Below are positions 42,728 through 54,222 of a stretch of 64,000 nt of DNA, piece by piece. Location: contig JAIVFI010000032.1 of assembly GCA_025558095.1 (NCBI GenBank), positions 1 through 64,000 on the forward strand, read 5' to 3'. The notes beneath the pieces were generated by a model that was given only the letters and a program-made list of their open reading frames with translations, was not told the origin of the DNA and searched no databases. The first letter of the stretch is position 1; each line of letters begins with the position of its first letter. This stretch comes from Hyaloraphidium curvatum SAG 235-1 (lineage: Eukaryota > Fungi > Monoblepharomycota). A program made the position numbers and the translations under genes.

Positions 42728-44335
42728 TCACGCCGCGCACGCCACCGCGATCTCCACCCGCACCCCCGTTCCCCTCAACACCCCCCACAGGCCGATTGCC
42801 ACGGTGAGCACCGTCGCTGCGGCAGCCCTCACCACGCCGTAGCTCACCACGGCGCCGAAGAACCGCGCGCCGCTGCCCGCCGAGCCCGCCAGCGCTGCCA
42901 TGAGCTCCGCGTGCTGCGCGAGGGCTTCCCTTGCCGGCCCCGGGCGGGAGGCGGAGGCGGCGAGGAGCTCCCGGGCCTCGGCGCGGGCGAGGCCGAGCAG
43001 CGAGACGCAGCCCCCGATCTGCGCGTTGGCTGCAGCGTGGTTGACCAGATCCATGACGAGGAGCACGAAGCAGGCGGCCAGGACAAGGATGATCCAAAGG
43101 GGCACGCATGAGCCCGCGGCGACGCACGCGACGGCGGCGGCAACGGGGATCACCACGTTGCGCGAGAGGAAGGCGGTCCCCGTGAGGAGCGCCGGGAAGC
43201 GGTCCTTCCAGACCGAGACGAGGGAGCGGAACAGCGCGACGTAAATCTCGTCGGCCGGTGCCGCTAGTTCAGAGATGATGGCTGCTTCGGACGCCTCACT
43301 CGTCCCGCCACCCGCCGAGACCACGCGAGCGTACCGGTCCAGAAACTCCCGAAGGGCCAGGAGCAGCGCACGACGGTGTAGCCGCGACTCGAGGTCAAGC
43401 AGCGCAAGGTTGGTCGGCACCCTGGCGGCCGGGCTCACCAACAAGCCCATGGCCAGTGGCAGCAGGAACATCACGGCGGCAATGGCCGTCCAGGGTGTGG
43501 TCCAAAGTGCCACGGGGTAGCTGAGAAGGGCCGGCGCAGAGACGACAATGTAGGAGAGGGCAAAGGCGTAGCGCACGGTGAACTCCATAACGCGCAGTAT
43601 CCCGGCCAGGGGAACCAGAGATCGGGCGCAGGCGAAACAGGAGCAGTCCCGGTCACCATCTACGTGGGAGACGAGCCCGACACCTTTTGTGCTCTCCACC
43701 CGAACGGTCGATCCCGCGTCGCTGGGGGCTTTCTCCGCGCCGAAAAGCTGGAGCCACCTCGCCATCGTCGCGAAAGGGTGTCGCGACAGGTCCTGTGTTG
43801 CTGGCAGCTGCTTTGGACCCCTTTCGTCGTCGTTCTTGCGGATCTTCCCTCGGTAGTAGCCCTGCACGATGAGTTGGTTCAGGCCCGCCCAGACTTGGGC
43901 AAAGACCGCGCCCCAGAATGCCCAGATAGCCGCAAGGCCTACGCCCAGACTCGCTGTAGGATATCGTCCGCTGGTGTTGAAGAGTACCATCGCCGCCGTG
44001 AGCGCGGCAAGAGCCGCCGTCGAGAGGACTGTCATCGGCAAGAGGGTAACGCGTCCGACCTCCGAAATCCGAAGCTGCCAGGTCAACGCGGCCCTGAGCA
44101 GTGCACCGCCGTCCACGTCCAGCGCATTCCTCATTTCCGCCGGGGTCAGCGGCCTCGCGGTCCGCAGCGCCGCCGCGGGATCCGAGTTCGTTGGAACCAG
44201 CGCCGCGAAGGTCGACACGCGCGTTTGAGGTTCCCGCGCCGCCGGCAGTAAGCAGAGCCATTCCGCGGGAGAAAAGAGCGGCTGCGACGCGGTTGGGACG
44301 GGCTCGGCGGAGGAAACCCCGCCGTCGTCGTCCAT
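42728..44335 (-). CDS. 7-TM protein, GR/OR-like 7TM ion-channel family (member 3; recent paralog of member 2)
   Basis: Intronless 535 aa; C-terminal about 100 aa nearly identical to 37376-38968; HVDGDRDCSCFAC. Confidence 0.75.
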   Translation of the reverse strand: MDDDGGVSSAEPVPTASQPLFSPAEWLCLLPAAREPQTRVSTFAALVPTNSDPAAALRTARPLTPAEMRNALDVDGGALLRAALTWQLRISEVGRVTLLPMTVLSTAALAALTAAMVLFNTSGRYPTASLGVGLAAIWAFWGAVFAQVWAGLNQLIVQGYYRGKIRKNDDERGPKQLPATQDLSRHPFATMARWLQLFGAEKAPSDAGSTVRVESTKGVGLVSHVDGDRDCSCFACARSLVPLAGILRVMEFTVRYAFALSYIVVSAPALLSYPVALWTTPWTAIAAVMFLLPLAMGLLVSPAARVPTNLALLDLESRLHRRALLLALREFLDRYARVVSAGGGTSEASEAAIISELAAPADEIYVALFRSLVSVWKDRFPALLTGTAFLSRNVVIPVAAAVACVAAGSCVPLWIILVLAACFVLLVMDLVNHAAANAQIGGCVSLLGLARAEARELLAASASRPGPAREALAQHAELMAALAGSAGSGARFFGAVVSYGVVRAAAATVLTVAIGLWGVLRGTGVRVEIAVACAA

Positions 44336-44657
44336 TGTCTCCTAGCCTGCTGAAATTGACAACGCGGCGGCAAATACTGCCCTGTCCTCCCCCGGGCTAC
44401 GGACCGCTCGCTGTGCCAGCGCTGGACGTGAAGCTCGTGAGGCAACGAGATTCCAGGGAAGCAGGCAGTTTCCGTGGAAGCTGGGAAAGGGCAAGTCGAA
44501 TCCCGGAAACAGGCAGACGACTCGTGTCGCTTCGTGGAGCACGGAGCTCTGTTTCAACGGGATCTGGCCCAATTGTCCTTGGATACCGAGCACAGTTCTG
44601 CTGCGATACCTCGGGATTCACCGCGATTTCCGCCCACGGAGTGGCCCGCTGTCGAGA

Positions 44658-46224
44658 ATGACTCCGGAGACTTTTACCGACATCGAGGCCCCCAGCAACG
44701 GACTCCCGGCATCCTACGATGGTGCAGAATGGCTGGCCCTGTTCCCTCACCCCGACGGCGCGCCCCCTCCGTCGCCCCTCGCCACCGCGGCGTCGCCCGC
44801 CGTCCCTCGCGGCCCGTTTCCGGCGCTATGGGCCGCAGAACCCCTGCCGATGGCCGAGCTGGTGCGGATCGTGCGGAACATCTCACCGTTTCATGGCGCC
44901 ATCGTCAGGTTTCAGGCCACGACAGCGGGGTGGGCCGCGCGAGTGCTGTTCCGGAACGGGCTCGTCGCTGTTAGCGTGCTTTCCGCCGCTCTGCTTGGCA
45001 TCTGGTTCTATCTCGAGACGGGCCTGTCGCAGCGGATTGTGGGCACCGTGACCGTCCTTCTGGAGCACCTGGCGCCTATGGTCGCTGTGGCCATCAACTC
45101 GGAATCAATCTCCGCGGGCCTCGGCGCCGCCGGAAACGCCGAAGACCAGAACTGGAACCCGCTCGCCGTCCTATATCGGTACCGCATGTTACAGTTGCGC
45201 GCCACAGATGGGAAACCGTGCCCCCTTCTCGAGCATCGCGACATGGATTCGCACTGTCCGTGCCCTGGGCCGAACTGCGCCGGTCCCGTACTCTTTCCGG
45301 CGTCAGCCTTGGGCTGGCACCACCTGATAGCAGCGACCTTGTTTGGATTCAGCAAAGCAATGGTGTCGTGGACGGCTCTAGTCACGTTTGGCGCCGCCTT
45401 CTGGCCGACGCCGTACGGCGCCATTCTTGGCATCGGTTGCGGTACGTTTCCCGCACTCGCCTTGCGTCCCACCTTAACAGCCGTCTCCAGTGCTTTTCAC
45501 CGCCAACGTCGCCATCTTCAGCTACGTCCCCTGGCTCTACAGCCAGAATCCCAAGCTCGGGTGCCTGCAGCAGCGCCTCCGGTACCGAGCTTCGATGCTA
45601 GCCCTGTCATCACTCCTTTCTGCCGCGCAGCATGATCTCCTCGGCGAGAGAGCGGATGGAAAACGGGAACGACTCACCCGCGGCGACGGCCAGCTCGAGC
45701 TGGTCCTGCACGACTCGCTCGCCGCTTCCTGGAAGTACGATTTCAACAGCCTCACAAGCTGGGCTTCAGTGTTTGGCCTTAATGTGGTTGTAACGGCCAT
45801 CGCCATCGTGGCCAACATGGCCGCCGGATCGTGCGTGCCCGCGTACCCGATCGCCACCCTCGTCTACGTTGTGTTCGTTTTTGCGCACAACCTCGTCCTC
45901 CTGGCGTCGTACAACTCGGACGTCGACGTTATCTCGGAGCTCTATGGCTCCACCGCCTCCCTTCTCTCGCGGCTCCTTGCCTCCGCCGCCGCCCAGCCCA
46001 ACACGGACCCCGCCTCCCTGCGGCGGTGGCAGGCGCGCCTCGAGGCCCTACGCCCGCTCGCGGACGGCGAACAGCTGCGGGCGCGGTTCCTCGGCACCGA
46101 GATCGGGTACGGCGCGCTCCGGGCGGTGGCGGCGACAGCGTTCACGGCAGCAGTGGGCATGTTTGGGATCTTCAGGCCGCTGGGGATCAGGGTGACGATG
46201 GACGTCGCGTGTGTGGTTGGCTGA
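44658..46224 (+). CDS. 7-TM protein, GR/OR-like 7TM ion-channel family (member 4)
   Basis: Exons 44658-45441 and 45491-46224 (49-nt GT-AG intron); YDGAEW, HRDMDSHCPCPGPNC, GSCVP, RARFLGTEIGYGALRAVAATAFT. Confidence 0.72.
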
Positions 46225-46331
46225 GGGCACGCGTGGGAAAACCGCATCCCGAGAGTGAAACCCACATCAGTCAATCAAAAAGGATCTATTCGCCGTCTTC
46301 GCCGCCCAAAACGCTCCCCGGCCCGGAGTCC

Positions 46332-47932
46332 TCAGAGCCTCGCCTTGGGATCGTGCCTGTATAGCCCGCCCTCGTCCTTCTTGATGTTCCGCGACGAGTA
46401 CCCCTGGATGCCAAAAAGCACCTGCCCCACGCGCCGCATCTGGATCTCCTCGGAGCCCTCGGTGATCCTGTAGCGGCGGTGGTGGCGGTAGATGTGCTCG
46501 AACGGCTTGTGGCGCGAGTATCCGATGCCGCCGTGGATCTGCATGGCGCGATCCGCGGCATCGCAGCAGAGACGGTTGGCGCGGTAGTTGCACATGGCTG
46601 TGGGAGGGCAGGACAGGATCAGGAGGAGCTCGGGAAAGCACCCGCGGGACCCACCAATGAAGTTCGAGAGGTACAGCGCATGCTCCGGCTTGGGCATCTT
46701 GTCCATCTCGGCCGCGGTCTTGAAGATGAGCCCCCTCAGCATGGTTGCCTCGGTGTGCAGCTCGATCAGGGGCCACTGGATGGCCTGGTTGGACGCCAGG
46801 GGCTTGCCGAACGGCTTGCGTTCCTTAGCATACTTCACCGTCTCGGCAATACAGTACTCGGCGGCGCCGCACGACGATGCGGCCTGGCGGATGCGGTTTT
46901 CGTGGACAAAGTGCGAAGCCACGGCAAGGCCTTGACCGCGTCCGCCGAAAATGTCCGAGTCCTTCACGCGGACGTCCTTAAGGCTCACGAGGGCGTGGTC
47001 GGTGGGCATATTGAAGGTCCAGAGGTACTCCTCGACCTTGAAGCCGGGTGCAGTTACGGGAACAATGAAGCACGTGATGCCGTCGGCGTTGCCGTCCTTG
47101 CCGTCGGTGCGGGCAAAGACCATGTCGTGGGTGGCGGAGTGCATGCCCGAGTTCCACATCTTGGCGCCTGCTCCATCCCGTCAGCAAGGCTACGTTCATG
47201 AATGGCTAGACACTCACCGTTGATGATCCAGTCGCCCGTCTTGGGGTCCTGGACTGCGCGGGTCTCCATGTACGTGGCGTCCGACCCGTGCTTGGGCTCG
47301 GTGAGCCCGAACGCGATTCGCATCTTGTCCTGGAGGACGTCCGTGACCCATTTCTGCTGCTCCTTGGTGCCGAAATCGCGCAGCATGGTGACCGAGTTGA
47401 TGTTGCTGACGATGGACGACTCGCCCTGAAGGTCGTTGAAGAGCCCGAGGCCTTTGCGGGCGAGGTGCCACCGGATCACGGCCATGGCGAGGTTGCTCCC
47501 GTCGCGGCCGCCGAACTCGGGCGGCGCCGGGAACCGGAAGTGGCCCGCCTCCATGGCCAGGGCGCGCATCTTGTCCAGCAGCTCCTCCCACTCCTTGCGG
47601 GGCAGGCCGCCGTGCTCAAAGTCCGTGCGGGCCCACTCGCGGCGGTGGTCGAAGAAGCGGTTGTTGTCGTCCTTCATCTGGAGCGGCGTGATCTGCGGGT
47701 AGGCGCTTCAACTTTCTGTCTCGCCACGGGGACACGTGTTGGCGACCTTCTCGTCGATGAACTTGTCGAGCACCTGGAGGTAGTCCGTTATCTCCTTCGG
47801 AATTGTGAACAGGTCGGGCGTGCCCGCTGCACCCGGCGGGGGACAGTGAGCGACAGAACCGCAAAGCGCCGGCAGCAGGCCTTTCTGCTCACCCGGGTTG
47901 AGCTTGGTCTTCGGGTCCAGGAGCAGCGACAT
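46332..47932 (-). CDS. Acyl-CoA dehydrogenase, probably peroxisomal (C-terminal ARL)
   Basis: FGLTEPKHGSD, WIING|.KMWNSG, RKPFGKPLASNQAIQW, AMQIHGGIGY, RRYRITEGSEEIQ; about five introns. Confidence 0.92.
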
Positions 47933-49252
47933 CGTCGTTCGGCGACGAGGTGTCTGAACGGTGCGGTGAAGTGCAGGTTGCGGTGTGGCGGGACAGTGTT
48001 TGGGTGAGCGTCGGTGGCTCCGGGAGACATACGAGACTGCGGTAGAGAACGAGTGGAAATCTCATCACGGGCACTATGTCGCGGACAAGGGCTGGATCTA
48101 ATAGCTTCTTCGGTCTCATGTGTCCCGACGCATCAAGGCGAGATGAAAACATCTTTGAGATTGTGCGGGTCGCCGCTTCAGGACGCGGTGCGACGGCCGT
48201 CTGCAGAAATGCGGTGCGCCGGACTAGTATACTTTTCGCTCCCGTTGCCTCTAAATTGATTTCGATGTCGAGGTGATGTGGTTTATTGTCGTGCGCCTCT
48301 GATCGATCGATCGGTGCGAACGACAACACGTACCGTGTGACCACCCTCCCGCCAAAATGCCCCCGCTTGCGACGTCGTACCGCCGCGTTGCAGCACGAGA
48401 AGAGCAGATTCAACGCTCCGATACCCCGAACCGGCCGCCCGGGAACGAGGGCATCCCCATCGGCGCGCCCGCCCGACCCCCTCCTCCCCCTCCCCGCCCC
48501 TCCCCGCGCGGCCCCGCTGTGCCGGACTGCTTCCACGACACACACCCGAGAGCCGGGCACGTCTTGCAACTTCGTCAGTCGCCGGGCGGCTTGCGGTAGC
48601 CGGTGGCGCGACGGGCCGATGCCGTCACTGGTGCGAGTCTGGGCCAGACCGGCTATCAGGCGGCAGCGAACGGAGGAAAGATCGAGGCCGCAAGAATGGA
48701 CACGGCGAGCGCGAACGCCTTCCAAACGACCCGAGGTGCCGCAGCAGGACCGGGGAGGGTCGCCCGGTGCCCCCCGTATGCATGGGACTTGGCGCCCCGA
48801 TGGTGCCTAAGCGGAACCCGCCCGACGTTTCCGAGCACGGCAGCTGCAGCAGATGTTTCCGGACTCATCTGTGGATAGGATGGACGGCAATCGATGATCG
48901 TCTCGGACCTGTTTGCACGGCGGCCCTTTGGGCAGCTCGACTTGATGCAACCTGGAAACTCGGAATCTCACCAGCCCAAACTTAACGGCCATCCGGAGCT
49001 CGCACGCGGCGGACCGCTTGCGCCCCTTCTTCAACTGGTCTTTTGCTCGGCATGATCTCTGTGCGGCTGCGGAACCTCGACACTTGCGGCCTCTATTCGG
49101 AGGTGCACTTTCAAACTGGACCCCGGCCTTCTTTTTTCAGGCGATCGGGCGGCCGTGCGGGCCGCTTGGGAGGATCCCCCGACAGGAATCGCGCCGCCCA
49201 CTTGATTTCCGAGCGACTGGGTCCCGCTTCCCCGAAACCCGCGCCGACCGGA

Positions 49253-51781
49253 ATGCCGATGGCGGCGCCGGAGTCTGTCGCCGGTGGCCCAACCCGCGGA
49301 CGCGGCCTGCGGGCCTCCTGCAGCGGTTGCTATGAATCGAAAAAGCAGTGCGACACGCCGGGGCCTCCGGAGAAATGCCGGCGCTGCGTGCGGTTGAACC
49401 TCGATTGTGTCTTTCTCGAGCGCCTCAAGCCCGGGCCCAAGGGCGGTCGTCGCGACGGGCGCGGCAGGCGGCGACGCAAGGGCCGCCACTCCTCCTCCGG
49501 CTCGGCCTCGGACGACATCGATGACGACGATGTTTCGACGCCGATCGACGACCGGCCACCGGTGCTCCCAATCGCGGGGCCCGGTCGGCGCGCCCGCATG
49601 GCCTCGGACGTCGGCGGCGCCCGCCCTGAGCTTCCTCTACTGTCTCGCGCGGTCTCGCTGCCCTTTGCCGCGCCGGAGCCTCCGCCACATGCCTTCTCTA
49701 TGTCTCTTCCGCCCGTCAGGCTCTCGCACAGCATGCAGCTGCCGCCCGCCCCCTATCCCCACTACTTTGCCCACGACCCCGCCGCTGGCACAATGCCGCC
49801 GGCCGCGCTGATGTCGCCAGGCTACTCCGGCGCGATGTACGCCCCGCCCATGGACGGCCAGGTCTATATGCCGGTCGCTGATCCCGCCCTGGGCTGGGCC
49901 GGCGGTTTCCACCCTGCCGCCGCCTATGGCGACCCGAACCTGGGCTCCCCGTTCACCCCTCCCTACCCGCACAGCCCGGCCCCCATACCGCGGCCGATCG
50001 CCGCCGGCCCGCCGCTCCCTGACTCGGACACCCTCAACCTGATCATGTCCTCGTACCTCGGCCCGCTGTACTACACCTTTCCCCTCCCGATCAGGTCGGA
50101 GCTCGTCTCCGGACTCTCGGACGGCACCGTGCCAGAGTACCTCGCCTGCTCGGTGATGTTTTGGGCCCTTTGGTACGGCAGGGATCTGCCCGACGTTCTC
50201 GGCGAAAGCGGGCGCCGCACGGCGTGCTCGCAGTTGTTTGCCCGTGCGACCGTCGGAATCGGGCCTGATCTCGATAGGACGTTGACCGGTTACGACGCAC
50301 TCTTTCCCCCCGGATCAGCGCAGGACGGGTACCGTGCAGCGGCCCTGCAAGAGTACCGGCGCACCGCCGTGAGCGTCTGCATGGCCCTGAACTTCCTCGT
50401 CTCCGTGGCAGCCGGCTTCGGCACCCCGAACGGCGAACCGCACACCGACCTCCACGCGCTGCTATCCCTGGCCTTCCGCGCCGCTCGCGCCGCAAAACTC
50501 AACTCCGAGTCCGCCTACGCGGAGCAACACCCCTCCGCCGCATCGCCTTTCTCCGCCGCCGACCCTTTGATCGAGCATGGCCGCCGCACGTGGTGGTTCC
50601 TCGCCTGTGCCTCCTGGACGGCCTCGGCAATGCACGGCACCTCCCCCGACGGCGGCCCCGCCGGGATAGGCGAATGCGGCGGTGTGGGGATGTACCTCAC
50701 CCCCGGCGAGTACGAGACGGTACGGTCGGGCCGCAACGGAGACAGCCCTCCCGGGCCGCGCGCGCCTGAGCTCCCCGCCGCGGTGCCGTCGCCCTCGATC
50801 GAGCCGGGGAGCCTGTACGCGCTCTCGCCGCAGAGCGAGGGGATGATCCAGGAGCTGGTGCGCAAGCGCGGATCGGTGCCGCGCGCGGGGAGCAGTGGGA
50901 CGATCGGGGGCCTGGCGCCGCGGGCTGAGGCGGGCGGGCACCACGAGGTGCGGCCGAGCAGCGAGCCGTTCGCACCGGCGGCGTCGTGGACGAAGCTGGT
51001 GATGCTGATCGGGCGGATCGCGGCGTTCCGTGCGGGAAGACAGAGGCCGTACGAGACGGAGGACGGGCAGCGGGACGCGCTCCTGGCCGAACTCGGGGGA
51101 TGGTATGCGGACCTGCCCGATGGGGTAAAGGAGCTGGACGTGGCGTTCTTGAGGAGGCCGAAGTGCGGCCTAGAGAAGGAAGGCTCTGAGGCGGACGCGT
51201 GGAGGACTGTGCTCGGCTACGTGTGGGTTTGGATCCCACTCGTGCCGCCACACTTGCAGACCACATGCTGACCAACCTTTGACGCGCCAGGATGTGGCTC
51301 ATTACCTTCCATACCGCGCACGTGCTCCTTTCGAGCCCCGCCGACAGCGGCGCCGCGGCTGCGGAGCTCGACTTCGACTGGCTCGCCAGCCCGGCCTTCC
51401 TCGCGGCGCAGGAGCACGCTATCCGCGCGTCGGCGCTGCTCAAGCAGCTCCTCGACACGAGGCTCAAGATGGAGCTCATGTCGCTCCCGGTAGGCCCCTT
51501 GCTCCTGCCGAGGCGATCCGCAGATCTGACCTCGCCGCCCTGCCTCGCAGTTCTTCCAGTACTGCGCCGTCCGCACCGGGCTCGTCCACCTGGCCTACCA
51601 CCGCTTCGCCTCGGCGGCCTCGGTGCTGCACCTCGACGCGGCGGACCAGCAGCCGGCGGACTACGCCACGCTCGTCGGCGAGGCGGCGAGGCAGCTCGAC
51701 CTGCACACCGCGGCGCTGGTGGCGGGGCTTGGCGGAGGAGGAGGATGGTGGTACGGGATTTGGACCGCGGCCTTGGGCTGA
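49253..51781 (+). CDS. Zn2Cys6 (GAL4-type) fungal transcription factor
   Basis: CSGCYESKKQCDTPGPPEKCRRCVRLNLDC; middle-homology motif EHGRRTWWFL; two 3' introns. Confidence 0.9.
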
Positions 51782-52060
51782 TGTTGATGGGATGGCGGCG
51801 GCTGCCGGCGGACGCTGCCTCGGATGTGGTGGATTGCTCTCTGACGGACATGGCCCGACCGTGTATGTTATTAGCTTTCCAACCGCTGTACCTGATATCT
51901 GACTCTGTTGCAACTGACTTCTTGACCGAAAAGTGAAAGAGCGGCAGATGATGGCTCATTGCATGAATTCCACGACGTTGATTGTACACCATGCTGTTCT
52001 TTGTCGGACTTCTCGGCACGTTGATAATGGAAACAGGGTGACAGCCGATCGATGGTCGAA

Positions 52061-53908
52061 TCAAGAAGCTCGATCGGCCCGCTTGGCGGACGTCCCGGAC
52101 TGCATCCGTTCCTCCGCTAGGCCCTTGAAGAGAACAGGAAGCTGGCGTGATGGCGCACAGGTCAACTTCATCCGCTTCCGGCGGATCAAAACCAACCTGG
52201 GGCGTCCCCAGATCCGTCCAGAATCCTCCGCCGCGCTGAACCTTGCAACCCATGTCGCCGAGCAGTTCCTCGAGATACTCCGGAAAGTGGAGCATGTGCT
52301 GTTTCCGGGCATCAGGCTTCGATCAGGCCTGCCGTGCGGTCCGGGGAACCCACCAGGCACCCGAGCAAGTCCTCGCGACGATTTGTCGGGTACAGCCCCC
52401 TCTGCCAATCCAGAACGGCGTCGATCTCGGCGTTCTGCTGCTCGACGGACGGCATGGGCAAGAGGCTCTGGAAGAATGACGAGATCCAGTGCGCGCCGAC
52501 CTCCGAAGCTGCGCAAGAGATTGCAGTCGAGTGAGACACAGCGGATCAAGATGGTCGCAGGACGATAACCACGCACTCATCGAGTTCATGATGTTCCGCA
52601 CCATCCCGTTGAAGGCGATCCCGCCGATCCCTGGTGACACGAGCTGCCGCCACAGCCTGTACGGCCTCCCCTTCCTCGGGAGTCCCAGCGCCTCTGCCAC
52701 GTGCGGATCGAACAGGTCGGGGAACGCCGGGCGGTATCCGATGCACTCGATGACGCAGTCGGCGTCGATCGTTTCCCCGCCTTTGCTGACCGACAGCGAT
52801 GTTCGCGAGACAAACTCGGGCCGCATGGCGTGGTCGACCACAACCCGGACGGAACCGTCTCGCACGTGTTGGAAAAAGCCCTCGGTGGCGACGATGGCAC
52901 CTGGGTCGCTCCAGAGGTCGAGGTCGGGAGGGGGCCGGAGCACCGGCGCTACAGCTCAATGAGCTCTCACGATGCTGCAGCTTCGCGCGGTATTGGAACC
53001 CACGAGCCTTCGCTGCGAGGCCTCCCGACACGACTTTCCTCATCGCTGCCGCTGCTGCCGATCCCATCCACGTCCCGTGCACCCACGAGTTTCTGCTGTT
53101 CCAGTACGGTGCCAAACCCACGAATGCCTTGCGGAGCACCGGCGCCGCGCCCTTGTTGCTCTCGTCGATCGGGATCAGGTAGTGGTTGCTGCGGCTCAGG
53201 ACCGTGACGGGTCTATCGGGCCCGCTCTTCGAGGCCAGGAGAGTGGCGACGTCGATGGCAGACTTGGAGCATCCGACAATGACCACGCGTTCCGATTCCA
53301 GCACGCGGGAAGCGATCGCGGGGTCGCCGAGCTCGGCCGAATGGACGACTGTCCCGGCGAACTTGTCGCGATCGGCGACGCACGGGGGAAGGGGCTCGTC
53401 ATGAAGGCCCGTGCAGACGGCGAGGAAGGTACACGTTTTGGTCTTGACCTCTCCGCCGTGCTCGTGCGTGATGGTCCAGCGCGGGGAAGGCGAGCCCGAA
53501 AGGTCTCCCAAAGGTTCGATCCCGTCACCCGGGCGCCGAACGTAATCCTGCACCACCGCCGCCTGTCAAGTCATTCCGTGGAGCGCACCAAACGGCCCAC
53601 CTGTCCATCCCGACCCTCTCCTCCGCGAACCTCTCGAGCCCAGCCTGCACCTCCTCCTGGCGAAGGAACGTCTCGCCCGCGTACTGCTCCTCCTCGAACG
53701 GGAAATCGGAGAACCGATAGCTGCCCCTAGGGTTGTTGCTCCGCAGCTCTGGGTAGCCTCTTCCTCTGGCCCAGACGCCGCCCGGACCATGCGGGTGCTT
53801 CTCCAGAACGTCGACGCGCGTAAACCCGTCGGCGAGGAGGACTGCCGCCGTGGCGAGGCCGCTGAGGCCGGCGCCGAGCACAACGACGGGCTCGTCGAGG
53901 CGGGACAT
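52061..53908 (-). CDS. Flavin-containing monooxygenase (class B)
   Basis: VLGAGLSG, GGVW, CTG, FAGTVVHSAE (FxGxxxHxxx), IVGCSKSAID, IECIGY; multi-exon. Confidence 0.9.
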
Positions 53909-54222
53909 TTCCGCTCCCGGGCGAGAGCCTTCCGGGCCCGCAAGTTGTGCGATAAGCGGTTTCACTGACTGGTTGGCTGTGTTGCTGTGTCGACTTGGCG
54001 GCAACCCCCAGACTCTCCATTAGCTCTCTTCGCAGTGCTTGCAATGCACGGCCAGAGCGGTGTGTCACAGATATCGGTCGATCCGCATTTCGGCCTCGCC
54101 TGAGGCACCTTCCGGCCGGGCATCGGTCAAGTGGAATGAAATCGAGATCTAATCGTTTCCCGCCCTCAACTGGCGACCGGGTATGCCTCGAAATACATGC
54201 AATAGGTACATCCCCGCCGCCC

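Noticed and set aside
47933-49252. Small ORFs in the ACAD-TF spacer
   Set aside because: No coding-like codon bias or motifs; more likely promoter and UTR sequence.
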